From Paludibacteraceae bacterium (GTDB taxonomy: Bacteria; Bacteroidota; Bacteroidia; Bacteroidales; Paludibacteraceae): a DNA stretch of 64,000 nt. Positions within the stretch are counted from its first letter, which is position 1. The number at the start of each line of letters is the position of its first letter. Under the pieces are notes generated by a model. The model was not told the DNA's origin. It ran no database searches and saw nothing but the letters and a program-made list of their open reading frames with translations. The DNA is taken from positions 4,595 through 68,594 of the forward strand of contig CAJOPG010000134.1 in assembly GCA_905236355.1 (NCBI GenBank), written 5' to 3'. A program made the translations under genes and the position numbers. Positions 11,301-19,528 of this stretch are shown here, in pieces.

Positions 11301-11476
11301 GCACTGCCGATATACCATAAGTTATTCCATATGATACTCGAGTTCTTAGGTGTATTCAGATTCCACTGTGCGTTTTCAACTGCATCTTCAAAATCACACT
11401 TATATGAGGATAATGCTTGCGCATTCATTCCCATAGCGAACAACAAAAGCAGCAATATGTTTGCTATTCTTTTCAT
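8315..11476 (-). CDS. Large T9SS-type exported protein (lectin/MAM-like domain, FN3, uncharacterised Cys-rich domain, GCDS repeats, type A-like CTD)
   Basis: 1053-aa ORF, signal peptide ending MNA|Q, GCDSV repeats, C-terminus ...IEITPTVVSEG...GIYFLQLQ...VVVIQVR. Paralogous to 11476..14598. Confidence 0.8.
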   Translation of the reverse strand: MKRIANILLLLLFAMGMNAQALSSYKCDFEDAVENAQWNLNTPKNSSIIWNNLWYIGSAVSNGGTNSLYISSDGGVTASYAQTNQIMIAWRELTLESGNYDIVFDWRSMGTPGSYIKVCWVPESYFDDFVCGSNSTISGRKWITDNELELQGVDTLYGSSAWQHGMSSLTSDGTPHRLLFVWRTTSTAAVLLPGACIDNIQIARNNCGRPTDLEVNMHGTMATFSWHSSAERFALRYSRLDENEYQVIDDIIGSSVTVPLQHGVYNVSLQVYCQGDTSVWYAFPPVIVYDSNCFNYLDLTDDNCSYSDSTASDYTKNKYKPGKLDYGYAASYSYHTIHYLPGEYDARTYNSKDEDGNDVNPLRTIPEGEIASVRINGWRGRPASVAGKSEENARVARVTYDYVVDKADASNLILKYAVVLQVPTHDELQQPRFTLDIVDAETGEALSHCTTVDFAATLLNAKKEGWYFGTIEDGDSKVIWKDWTTIGLNLAEYDGRHIQVVLSAYGCTASVHYGYAYFTLNCIKGGIEGIQCGNNLTEQFIAPEGFKYHWYKETNPSEKLANADQRIFPVAYDDTTHYAVECIYPTDAGCSFVLTACATPRFPIPEISYSLQQKDCKNIVRLVNTSHIRTKIIKEDRYIDTEARPDYVLWDLGELGSQTYDWEPEISVPATGGRYLVSLRAAVGLCDSTQYLELVIPAISDTVVTDSIQLCAGDFYVYQSRMISSDTTIITEGKTIAGCDSVHQLKIKFVDKIEVRLDTVLAEGDTLWCDGVAMTQTDTYTYNFVSTAGCDSVLTVNLTVVPRLRVVADSVLMPCGDEKTVAIPYKVTSGTASGCKVEFSEEAIVAGWRDTVFVFTLQEGEMLLSIPANIPGWYSLQLRFESEENGTVLLPIEIMVRYPSSLLSQRWSDVIGIKSSETEYARYQWYKNAVAVDNADSPYLYVPDGLEIGAEYSVELFTISAERGVMSCPIVATAVADSEIEITPTVVSEGVPVRIRLSESAMMRLVGVDGVLLLQQQLEEGQTFVSLNVSKGIYFLQLQPRNDKGRVVVIQVR

Positions 11477-14400
11477 CAGTTATTGCGTCTTACTTTTCTA
11501 CCAAATATATCGTAGCGGATGTCATCCGTTTCAATGTATAACCGCTGATTTTCTAACACCTTCTTAACTCTCTTTGCCGAGGCATCCGAATTGTCAGGAA
11601 CAACCATATCAAACACAAACGGGCAGATTATCAGTGGTGTTCCATCTTCCAACTTTACCTCTACATAATATTCATTGGTTGCATCATTTAGTCCGTCGGC
11701 ATGTATCCAAGAACCCGTTGCACCCTCTATCGCCTTATCATTACAATACCACTGATAGGAACTGAAACGGAACCCTCCGTTATAGTTCTCGTTCAGTATG
11801 GCAAGTACATTATCCCATTTTGCCTTTACTATACTCTTAGGCAGATTAACGACAAACGGAACATACGACATCTGCGGGTCACACCATGGTGTAACAATAG
11901 CAACCTCCGCCTCCATATTGCCCGAAGGAATCCCATTCAACGGGATGGCCAATTCCATGTCCGGTTGGTCCGCCTCAAACTCATAGTCTTCCCCTATTGC
12001 CGGTATATATACCCTTATCTTATCCGCATATTCCGAGTTGCTCACCTTCAAGACAAAGGCATCTTCATCTGCACAAATAAGGGCAGAATGAAGCGATACT
12101 GCAAATTCGGGCAACGCGGCAAGATGTAAATGCACTATTGAATCACACCCCGTCTGTTCGGATGTAAAAGTAGCAATATAATCGTTCCCCGCCCTGTTTA
12201 TCTCCATCCCGCCAAACCGATAGGAACCTCCTGCGCAAATAGTATCATATAATACTGAGTCACGAATTGCCGTTACATTCAGCAACTGATGCACAATACT
12301 GTCACAACCCGTCCATGTCTTAAGTGTATCAACCATTGAATAGTTGCCTACCGCAATATTCTTGTATAAGGAGTCGGCCCATAAGAAAGACTGGCTTCCA
12401 TCTTGCAGCTCACATATCATTGTATCCGCCAAGTAGGTATCCACCTTGTCTATTGCCGGAACATTTATTGTGACATTCCGCACACTGTCTGCATACTCTT
12501 TCCCCCGCACCCAATTGCTTGCATGTAGCGAGTACACAAAGGTTTCTCCCTCATTAGAACAAGGTATATACCAACCATCATAGTTCAACTGATCGGTCTG
12601 GGTTCCATCAGGCAATTCCCATAATGCCGTCATCAGCTTCATATCATACCTGTCTTCTATCTCACCTGTAATCTGATTATGCAGTTGCACATGACTCGCA
12701 TTTCTTACAATAATCCCATTCTGGCAATTTTCAGGAACCCACTCCCACTGAATCTCAGCCTTAGGAGTATGCGGACGGGCTGTGGCTTCCATCAAATAAT
12801 CGCACTCACTGTTAGACGCATATATGATACGACAAAAATAGTTGGTCGTGTCATTTTCATTCACTTCAAACTTATAGTCGGTTGACAGAATATTTTCCGG
12901 TTCTCCTTCTTTGTACCACTCATAGTTGAACCCGTTCGGGGCGGTGAAGACATTAGTCGAAGAATCTTCCCCCCATGGGATACCCTCCATCTCGGAAGAT
13001 ATACAATTTAGCGTAAAATAGCAATAACCGTAATGACCGCCTTGATCGCAATCGTATGAAGTTATAATAATTGTCAGTGTAGAATCAATCCAATCATCCA
13101 AATTAAGTCCTACCGCGCGCCAATCTTGCCACCAATTGCCTTTCTCTTTATTTTCATACCACAAACTCATGTATTGCGGATCGTCCTGTTTCTCGGCTTT
13201 TGTCGGTGTATGGAAGTCCACCGTACCACATTTTATATCAATGGGTTCGCCTGCAGCATTTAATATATCTATTGTCAGGCGCGGTTGGTCTTGTTCTGGG
13301 TGGTCGCCGGTTTCTTGTAGCACCATAGCATACTGAATCAACAAAATCGACCCCATATTTCCGGGAACAGTATAATTAAAGGTGATACTTTCATATTGTG
13401 AACTGGTTTCCCAGTTGCCTAATCTAACAGAGCCAAATGCACCTTCGGGAACTGTTTTCAGACTGATTGGATTCCCGTTTTTATCTTTCGTTCCTATAGT
13501 TCGCACATCATATTCATCCTGCATATAATGGGTTGTATGGCGACTTTTCTCCGAAGCATACCCCCAGTCCACTTTTTCATAACCTGACGGAGACTTGCCC
13601 GTTCTTGCATTCCAAGTACCGGTTTCATAAGTCGCTCCATACATGTTCAAAGCATCAAAACAATCGGTTTCATATACATACAATGGCTTGATGTAGTAGT
13701 ATATAGTGGTGTCCGCCCCAACTATTCCCCGCATCCAGAACTCATAAGCCCCAAACTCCATCTGATACTTAGAGAATACAGAGTTGGCTGTTTCACCTTC
13801 TTCCCAAGCTCCCGTTTGTCCTGAATCCGACAGTTTACGATAACGGACTTCGTACTTATCGGCCTCGAATGCCTCCCAATACAGATTGGAATAACCTTGC
13901 AAATAATCTACATGTGCGTTCTGCGGCCATTCTGATTCCGGAGACTTGGACAATTGAATATTATCCAGCATTATACTTGAAGGGGTCGGATTTGTCTTGG
14001 CAGTATTCAACCACTCTATCAACAGGGACAAGTTACGCGTCGGATGTTGTACATTTTCCCATGTCGCGCTTATAGAAAATTTGGTTTGAATATGTTGCCA
14101 TTCTTCCTCACCCGAGAGGCGAACCACATTCTCGCCCATTATTGAAAAAGATTTGCTGTTCTGAAGAAAAGCAGGTTCTCCACTCCCACTCCGGCAGTAT
14201 AAGTCAGACCCATTTTGTGAGGTTATCAACACCCTTACATACCCTTCATCCCCATTACCCTGTCCTTTCCAGTCAAAGGCGAAGTCATAATCACCTTTTT
14301 CCAACTGCAATTCACGATAGGCTAAAACAATATTGGCAGAAGACGGATTATATACAGCGGCAGTCGCATTGGAAGATATATACATTGCGTGTGAACCATC

Positions 14401-14598
14401 GTAAGCATCCGCCGTCCCCACTAACCACAGATTGTCGGTAGGAGCACTTTGATTCAGCACCCACTGTGAATTTTCCGTATCGTCTTCAAAGCCACAAAAA
14501 TAAGGGAGGTCTGACATTGAAACAGGAGCAGCATGCGTGCAGAAATATACAGGCACACAAAGCCCCCATACTACTATCAACAGACCTAACCTTTTCAT
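11476..14598 (-). CDS. Large exported protein, paralog of 8315..11476, with short Bacteroidales-type C-terminal sorting signal
   Basis: 1040-aa ORF. Shares blocks with its neighbour (GFEDDTENSQW/DFEDAVENAQW; EYDVRT/EYDART; QPRLTIDI/QPRFTLDI; GHYGYCYFTLNC/HYGYAYFTLNC; GCDSIV). Ends KKVLENQRLYIETDDIRYDIFGRKVRRNN. Stop overlaps the next start at 11476. Confidence 0.8.
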   Translation of the reverse strand: MKRLGLLIVVWGLCVPVYFCTHAAPVSMSDLPYFCGFEDDTENSQWVLNQSAPTDNLWLVGTADAYDGSHAMYISSNATAAVYNPSSANIVLAYRELQLEKGDYDFAFDWKGQGNGDEGYVRVLITSQNGSDLYCRSGSGEPAFLQNSKSFSIMGENVVRLSGEEEWQHIQTKFSISATWENVQHPTRNLSLLIEWLNTAKTNPTPSSIMLDNIQLSKSPESEWPQNAHVDYLQGYSNLYWEAFEADKYEVRYRKLSDSGQTGAWEEGETANSVFSKYQMEFGAYEFWMRGIVGADTTIYYYIKPLYVYETDCFDALNMYGATYETGTWNARTGKSPSGYEKVDWGYASEKSRHTTHYMQDEYDVRTIGTKDKNGNPISLKTVPEGAFGSVRLGNWETSSQYESITFNYTVPGNMGSILLIQYAMVLQETGDHPEQDQPRLTIDILNAAGEPIDIKCGTVDFHTPTKAEKQDDPQYMSLWYENKEKGNWWQDWRAVGLNLDDWIDSTLTIIITSYDCDQGGHYGYCYFTLNCISSEMEGIPWGEDSSTNVFTAPNGFNYEWYKEGEPENILSTDYKFEVNENDTTNYFCRIIYASNSECDYLMEATARPHTPKAEIQWEWVPENCQNGIIVRNASHVQLHNQITGEIEDRYDMKLMTALWELPDGTQTDQLNYDGWYIPCSNEGETFVYSLHASNWVRGKEYADSVRNVTINVPAIDKVDTYLADTMICELQDGSQSFLWADSLYKNIAVGNYSMVDTLKTWTGCDSIVHQLLNVTAIRDSVLYDTICAGGSYRFGGMEINRAGNDYIATFTSEQTGCDSIVHLHLAALPEFAVSLHSALICADEDAFVLKVSNSEYADKIRVYIPAIGEDYEFEADQPDMELAIPLNGIPSGNMEAEVAIVTPWCDPQMSYVPFVVNLPKSIVKAKWDNVLAILNENYNGGFRFSSYQWYCNDKAIEGATGSWIHADGLNDATNEYYVEVKLEDGTPLIICPFVFDMVVPDNSDASAKRVKKVLENQRLYIETDDIRYDIFGRKVRRNN

Positions 14599-14649
14599 GA
14601 CTCAATATCGAAATGTTACGATTTTACGCCAATATTATAAAAATCGCTG

Positions 14650-14681
14650 CAAAAATAAGCGTTTTTTTTTTTTTGTACAAA
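14650..14681 (-). promoter_or_regulatory. Bacteroidetes housekeeping promoter of the surface-protein locus, with A13 homopolymer in the spacer
   Basis: Minus strand TTTG (14681-14678), 20-nt spacer, TATTTTTG (14657-14650). The spacer contains T13 on the plus strand (14662-14674). Confidence 0.75.
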
Positions 14682-14785
14682 TAAAAAGTGCTTTTTGTAG
14701 CAAAATGTTACACCAAGCACCCGCAAATTGTATGGATATGTATGGAATATATACATATCATACTATAAAATAAAACATGTAATAC

Positions 14786-14815
14786 AGGAGAGAGACCGTA
14801 CGCAGTCTCTCTCCT
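14786..14815 (-). terminator. Hairpin terminator downstream of htpG
   Basis: 11-bp inverted repeat AGGAGAGAGAC / GTCTCTCTCCT with an 8-nt loop, 23 nt after the htpG stop. The U-tract is weak. Confidence 0.65.
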
Positions 14816-14838
14816 AAAATGTATGTATGTCAAATATG

Positions 14839-16908
14839 TCAGAGTAGTTCTACGGAACGATTGACAAACTTGGCAAGGCTTTCACCTTTGAGCATTCCAC
14901 CGGCAAGAAGGGCGATGTCAATGAGCTGTTTCATGCGACTATTGTCTTTGGCAACAGCGGCATAGAGTTGCTTGAGTTGGTTTTTGAGATCTGCCACTTC
15001 TTTGGTCAGATTGCTGACAGCATCTTTCTCTTCCTGCGTAAGTTCATCATACTTTTTATCTTTCTGTTCGTCACGCAAGCGTTGCTCTTCCTGCTCTTTG
15101 GCTGTTATCTGCTCTGAGAGAGGTGCAACTTGTTCATGGGTCTGCTCTACCACATCTTCTGCCAAGCGTTGAATAAGTGGATGGGCAGTATTGAGCACAA
15201 GGTTATATTGGTCCGGCATCTGCCCATAGAAAGACATGCCTTGCTGGTGAGCAGACATCTCCTTCATACGGCGCATCCACTCGTTTTGAGTCAGGAAGAC
15301 AGGCAGCGCATCTGTGCTGACACTTTCCAAAGAAACGGTATAGTCGGGTTTGCCGCTTTGTTCCGTCGATTCATTGTTCAGAAGGCTCTCAAAGGAATAG
15401 CGCAAAGCGTCTTCCTGCTCTGCTGTGAGAGTTACCTTTTCCTTGTCTTCTTTCTTGATAAGATTTTCAATAACATCTGCGTCAACGCGTGTGAATCGCA
15501 TATTCTCGTTTTTCTGTTCGGTCTGCGAGATAATATGCACATCCAGTTCGCTATCCATCAACAAAACATCATAGCCTTTTTCCTTTGCACGCTGTATGTA
15601 GGCGTAAGATGCATCGGCATCTTGGGTGTAGAGCACTACAAGATTGCCATCCTTGTCGGTTTGTTTTTCCTTGATGAAGTCTTTGTATTCGTCAAGTGTA
15701 TAGAATTTCTTGTCGATATTTTCAAAGAGTGCAAATTTGACGGCACGCTCATAGAACTTCTCATCGGAAAGCATACCAAACTGTATGAACAGTTTGATGT
15801 CGTTCCACTTTTTTTCGAAGTCTTCGCGTTCGTTTTTGAACATCTCGGCGAGTTTGTCCGCCACCTTCTTGGTGATGTGTCCGCTGATTTTCTTGACGGC
15901 GGCATCGCTTTGCAGATAAGAGCGGCTTACATTGAGGGGGATGTCAGGGGAGTCAATAACACCATGTAGCAGAGTGAGGTACTCGGGTACGATATTCTCT
16001 ATTTCATCGGTAACAAAGACCTGATTGCAATAAAGTTGGATTTTATTGCGACGGATGTCGAGGTTGTTCTTTATTTTGGGGAAATAGAGAATACCAGTCA
16101 GGTGGAAAGGATAGTCCACATTGAGATGTATGTGGAAGAGGGGTTCATCGAACTGCATGGGATAGAGTTCGTGATAGAAATTTTTATAGTCTTCTTCCGT
16201 GAGGTCGACCGGCTTCCGTGTCCATGCGGGTGTAGTGTTGTTTATAACATTTTCTTCGCCGGTTTCCTGCTCTCGTCCGTCCTTCCACTCTTTTTTCATG
16301 CCGAAGGCAATCTCAACAGGGAGGAACTTACAGTACTTGGTAAGCAGTTCCTGGATTTTGCTATCTTCCAGAAACTCTTTGTTTTCACTGTCAATATGTA
16401 GCACGATGTCGGTACCGCGTTCAGCCTTGATGGTATCTTCCATTTCATAGACGGGAGAGCCGTCGCATGACCAATGGACCGCTTTGGCGTCCTCTTTATA
16501 AGACAAGGAAAAGATTTCCACTTTTTTGCTGACCATAAAGGCGGAGTAGAATCCGAGTCCGAAGTGTCCGATGATAGCGGCAGCGTTGTCCTTATACTTA
16601 TTGACAAACTCTTCAGCTCCGGATAAAGCAATCTGGTTGATGTATTTGTCCACTTCTTCGGCGGTCATACCGATACCATGGTCACTGACAGTAAGCGTTT
16701 TCTTTTTCTTGTCAATGCTGACGCGCACCCGCAGGTCGCCAAGATCGCCTTTGGCTTCTCCGACAGATGAGAGTGTTTTCAATTTTTGGGTAGCATCCAC
16801 CGCATTACTTACCAACTCACGAAGAAAAATCTCGTGGTCACTATAAAGAAATTTTTTGATGATGGGGAAGATATTGTCTGATGTTACCCCGATATTACCT
16901 TGTGCCAT
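14839..16908 (-). CDS. htpG: Molecular chaperone HtpG (Hsp90)
   Basis: LYSDHEIFLRELVSNAVDA, DHGIGMT, IGHFGLGFYSAF, DSPDIPLNVSRSYLQ. Confidence 0.97.
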   Translation of the reverse strand: MAQGNIGVTSDNIFPIIKKFLYSDHEIFLRELVSNAVDATQKLKTLSSVGEAKGDLGDLRVRVSIDKKKKTLTVSDHGIGMTAEEVDKYINQIALSGAEEFVNKYKDNAAAIIGHFGLGFYSAFMVSKKVEIFSLSYKEDAKAVHWSCDGSPVYEMEDTIKAERGTDIVLHIDSENKEFLEDSKIQELLTKYCKFLPVEIAFGMKKEWKDGREQETGEENVINNTTPAWTRKPVDLTEEDYKNFYHELYPMQFDEPLFHIHLNVDYPFHLTGILYFPKIKNNLDIRRNKIQLYCNQVFVTDEIENIVPEYLTLLHGVIDSPDIPLNVSRSYLQSDAAVKKISGHITKKVADKLAEMFKNEREDFEKKWNDIKLFIQFGMLSDEKFYERAVKFALFENIDKKFYTLDEYKDFIKEKQTDKDGNLVVLYTQDADASYAYIQRAKEKGYDVLLMDSELDVHIISQTEQKNENMRFTRVDADVIENLIKKEDKEKVTLTAEQEDALRYSFESLLNNESTEQSGKPDYTVSLESVSTDALPVFLTQNEWMRRMKEMSAHQQGMSFYGQMPDQYNLVLNTAHPLIQRLAEDVVEQTHEQVAPLSEQITAKEQEEQRLRDEQKDKKYDELTQEEKDAVSNLTKEVADLKNQLKQLYAAVAKDNSRMKQLIDIALLAGGMLKGESLAKFVNRSVELL

Positions 16909-16979
16909 AATTGTTATGTTGTTTAGTATTGTTCCGTATTGTTTGGTGTGGTTTAGAATACATTTATAATAGGTTTCCT

Positions 16980-17034
16980 TTATGCTTCTGATATGCTTTT
17001 GATGTATCGATGATGTTTCGATGCTGCTACCTGA
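16980..17034 (+). repeat. 11-bp-period intergenic array, family B copy 1
   Basis: TTATGCTTCTG ATATGCTTTTG ATGTATCGATG ATGTTTCGATG CTGCTACCTGA. Confidence 0.75.
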
Positions 17035-17172
17035 TTATATGCATATCGATATTCTGCTCCTACCTGATCTTCTCTATATTGATTTATATTCACTCACGCT
17101 TTTATTCGGTTTTTCATCGAAGCATATTGCATACCCGCTGTTCATCCTTCCAAATCAACCGCAAGAAATATA

Positions 17173-17187
17173 GCCAATAATATGCCA
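17173..17187 (-). promoter_or_regulatory. Putative sigma-54 (-24/-12) promoter upstream of htpG
   Basis: Minus strand TGGCATATTATTGGC, i.e. GG-N10-GC. Confidence 0.5.
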
Positions 17188-17223
17188 AAGTGGTATTCTG
17201 CCAAATTGGCAGAATACCACTTT
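17187..17223. terminator. Perfect 18-bp inverted repeat: terminator of the DUF748 gene and/or operator for htpG
   Basis: AAAGTGGTATTCTGCCAA A TTGGCAGAATACCACTTT, 43 nt downstream of the 17267 stop. Confidence 0.65.
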
Positions 17224-17266
17224 CTGTTAGTATGTTTGCTTATTTATCTGCTTTTTGTTGAACTTC

Positions 17267-19510
17267 TTATTCGGTTTCGCCTCTAATTTCATATCGGCTT
17301 TTTCCTTTATAATCGGCAAGTTCATCAACCGGGGCAGTAATTGCCGTTACAGAATGTTTGTTGACTCCCTGTTGTTCGGTAAGGTAGCGTACCACGAACT
17401 GATTGCGTTGATTGGCATCTTGCAGTACCTGTGTTTGCAGAGAGTCAGCCGTATAATATTCTACTGCGCGCTTCTGCAGACCACCTTTTTTACCAACCAT
17501 AGGTTCGATGAATGCAGCAAAGCCGCTGTTGTTATCTTTAATAGCACGAATACGATCGATATCCACTAATGTAAGGGGTCCGGGCGGAAGGTCAGTATGT
17601 TGCGACTCATAGTAGGCTCTTTTGAGATTGAAGACCGCCTTTTCCTGTATAGCATCCTGTAAGTTAAATTGCTGATAGAGCGAGAGCGTGAGTTCTTCGT
17701 GTTCTTTCATCATTTGTGCAATGGCATCCAATTTTCTGTACTGCTCCAATGCGAAGTCAGGCTGAAGCATATCCACTTGAATTTGTGTAAGGTCGCCGAC
17801 ATCCTTGTTGGCGGCGGCTGCGATAGCGACGAATGGTGCCGCCGTGGCTTTAAGCAGCGCATTACCAATGGCACGCCCGATGATTTTGCCAAGTGAGAAT
17901 TTAGGTGAGTTGATATCCCCTGTAATCGGCACTTCAAGATTGATTTTTCCGTTCACATCAGTCATAAGGTTGATGCCTGCCTTAAGGGGGACATTCTTGA
18001 GTTCAGCATCCAAACGGTTGTTTTTGCGCCCCAATTTGAAATTATAAATTTCTATTTTCTCAGTAGCATCAATTACCCCTTTCCTAATAGCATTATCACT
18101 GGTTACAGAAAGAGTTCCTTCCTTGACGGGATAAGCAAACATATATTCCACCCATGGCGAAAGGTCCTCAAGCTGCACATTTTTGAGCATCGCCACAATG
18201 CGTGTATTTCCCTTTTCCATATTGACAGCCCCCCTCCAATTGGCGAGAAAACTTCCCCCATGAGGGAGTAATCCGCGCAGAACAATATGGTTATCACCCG
18301 TTAGATTTACATTATTGGCAGAAGCGGATATCCCTCTGATATTATAATTGAACTTGGAAAAGAGTGTTTTATCAACATAGTTGACCGATGAAGAGGTGAG
18401 TCGGAAATTCTTTATTTTGATTGTCGGTTGGTTGCTGACGGTTGGTTGCGTTGCAGGCGGTGCGGATTCCGTCTCTATTGTGTCAACCTCTTGCTCCTCT
18501 TCTGATTCCTCCACATCAAAAAGGCGGGAAAGAGTGGTATAGTTTTGTGCACGGGTAAAGTTGACATGCAGACTATCAACAAGTACTGAATCTATGTTAT
18601 ACACCTGTGGACCGGGACTGATTTCTGTCAGTTTGACCGCCATTTGTCTAAGGGTGACGACAGGGTCTCTATCTTCATCTTTCAACTCCAGATTGTCAAT
18701 TTGTGCATTTCCCTGCACGCGTACCCCCATAATATTGTCCAGACTCCCGGAGGCAAGGAGGTGTCCGCTGAGCCATGCGTGAAAGGAATGGATATTGAGG
18801 TACTCTTTGACAATCGGCTCTGCCTGAGTCAAATCGATATCTTTGAGGTCAAAAATAACGGAATACATGTTGGATGACATATTGTATGCCCCTCTCAACC
18901 GGAGATTACCTCCATTGTCAGGCAAATCGAGCGAGAGACCGGCATCAGACTGCTGATTGTCAAAATGCAGTCCCGGAACAACGAGGTTAACATTCTCTAT
19001 ATTCCATTCATTATGGCGTTTGCGGTCTTGATAAGCAATTTTTCCTCCGCGCAGACGAATGTCGTTGAGGTCTATTGTCCAAGAAGAAGGAGTGGTGTCA
19101 GGTTCTTGCGGTTGCTGAGCATCGTTGGAAGCGAAGCGTTGCGGAATATCCGAGAAATTGAAACAGGTGTCGTTGCTCCAGATATTGACATTGAAGTCGG
19201 TAAGATGAATTCTGCGCAGACAAACATCCTTTCCTATAAGTCTAAAGAGACTTGCCCGTACATACAGTTCACGGAATCCGACAAACTCGTTATCAGAACC
19301 GGCATCAGTGCAATGAAGGTTCTTGATGCGTACACTGCCATTAAAGGGACAGACATGCAGGCCTCCTATCTCTACTTTGCGTCCTATCCATTGTTCACTA
19401 TGATTTTGCACGACAACTTTCGCTATCGGCGAGCCGACAAACTCTATCAGCAACAGAAGCAGCAGAATACTTCCTGTCACTATAACTGCTATTTTCAGCG
19501 TTTTTTTCAT
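17267..19510 (-). CDS. DUF748-type / AsmA-like envelope protein
   Basis: N-terminal membrane anchor, repeated beta-rich segments, FNFSDI and NLEVPITGDINSPKFSLG motifs typical of DUF748 proteins. Confidence 0.7.
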   Translation of the reverse strand: MKKTLKIAVIVTGSILLLLLLIEFVGSPIAKVVVQNHSEQWIGRKVEIGGLHVCPFNGSVRIKNLHCTDAGSDNEFVGFRELYVRASLFRLIGKDVCLRRIHLTDFNVNIWSNDTCFNFSDIPQRFASNDAQQPQEPDTTPSSWTIDLNDIRLRGGKIAYQDRKRHNEWNIENVNLVVPGLHFDNQQSDAGLSLDLPDNGGNLRLRGAYNMSSNMYSVIFDLKDIDLTQAEPIVKEYLNIHSFHAWLSGHLLASGSLDNIMGVRVQGNAQIDNLELKDEDRDPVVTLRQMAVKLTEISPGPQVYNIDSVLVDSLHVNFTRAQNYTTLSRLFDVEESEEEQEVDTIETESAPPATQPTVSNQPTIKIKNFRLTSSSVNYVDKTLFSKFNYNIRGISASANNVNLTGDNHIVLRGLLPHGGSFLANWRGAVNMEKGNTRIVAMLKNVQLEDLSPWVEYMFAYPVKEGTLSVTSDNAIRKGVIDATEKIEIYNFKLGRKNNRLDAELKNVPLKAGINLMTDVNGKINLEVPITGDINSPKFSLGKIIGRAIGNALLKATAAPFVAIAAAANKDVGDLTQIQVDMLQPDFALEQYRKLDAIAQMMKEHEELTLSLYQQFNLQDAIQEKAVFNLKRAYYESQHTDLPPGPLTLVDIDRIRAIKDNNSGFAAFIEPMVGKKGGLQKRAVEYYTADSLQTQVLQDANQRNQFVVRYLTEQQGVNKHSVTAITAPVDELADYKGKSRYEIRGETE

Positions 19511-19528
19511 ACTTCTAACGGATTAAGA

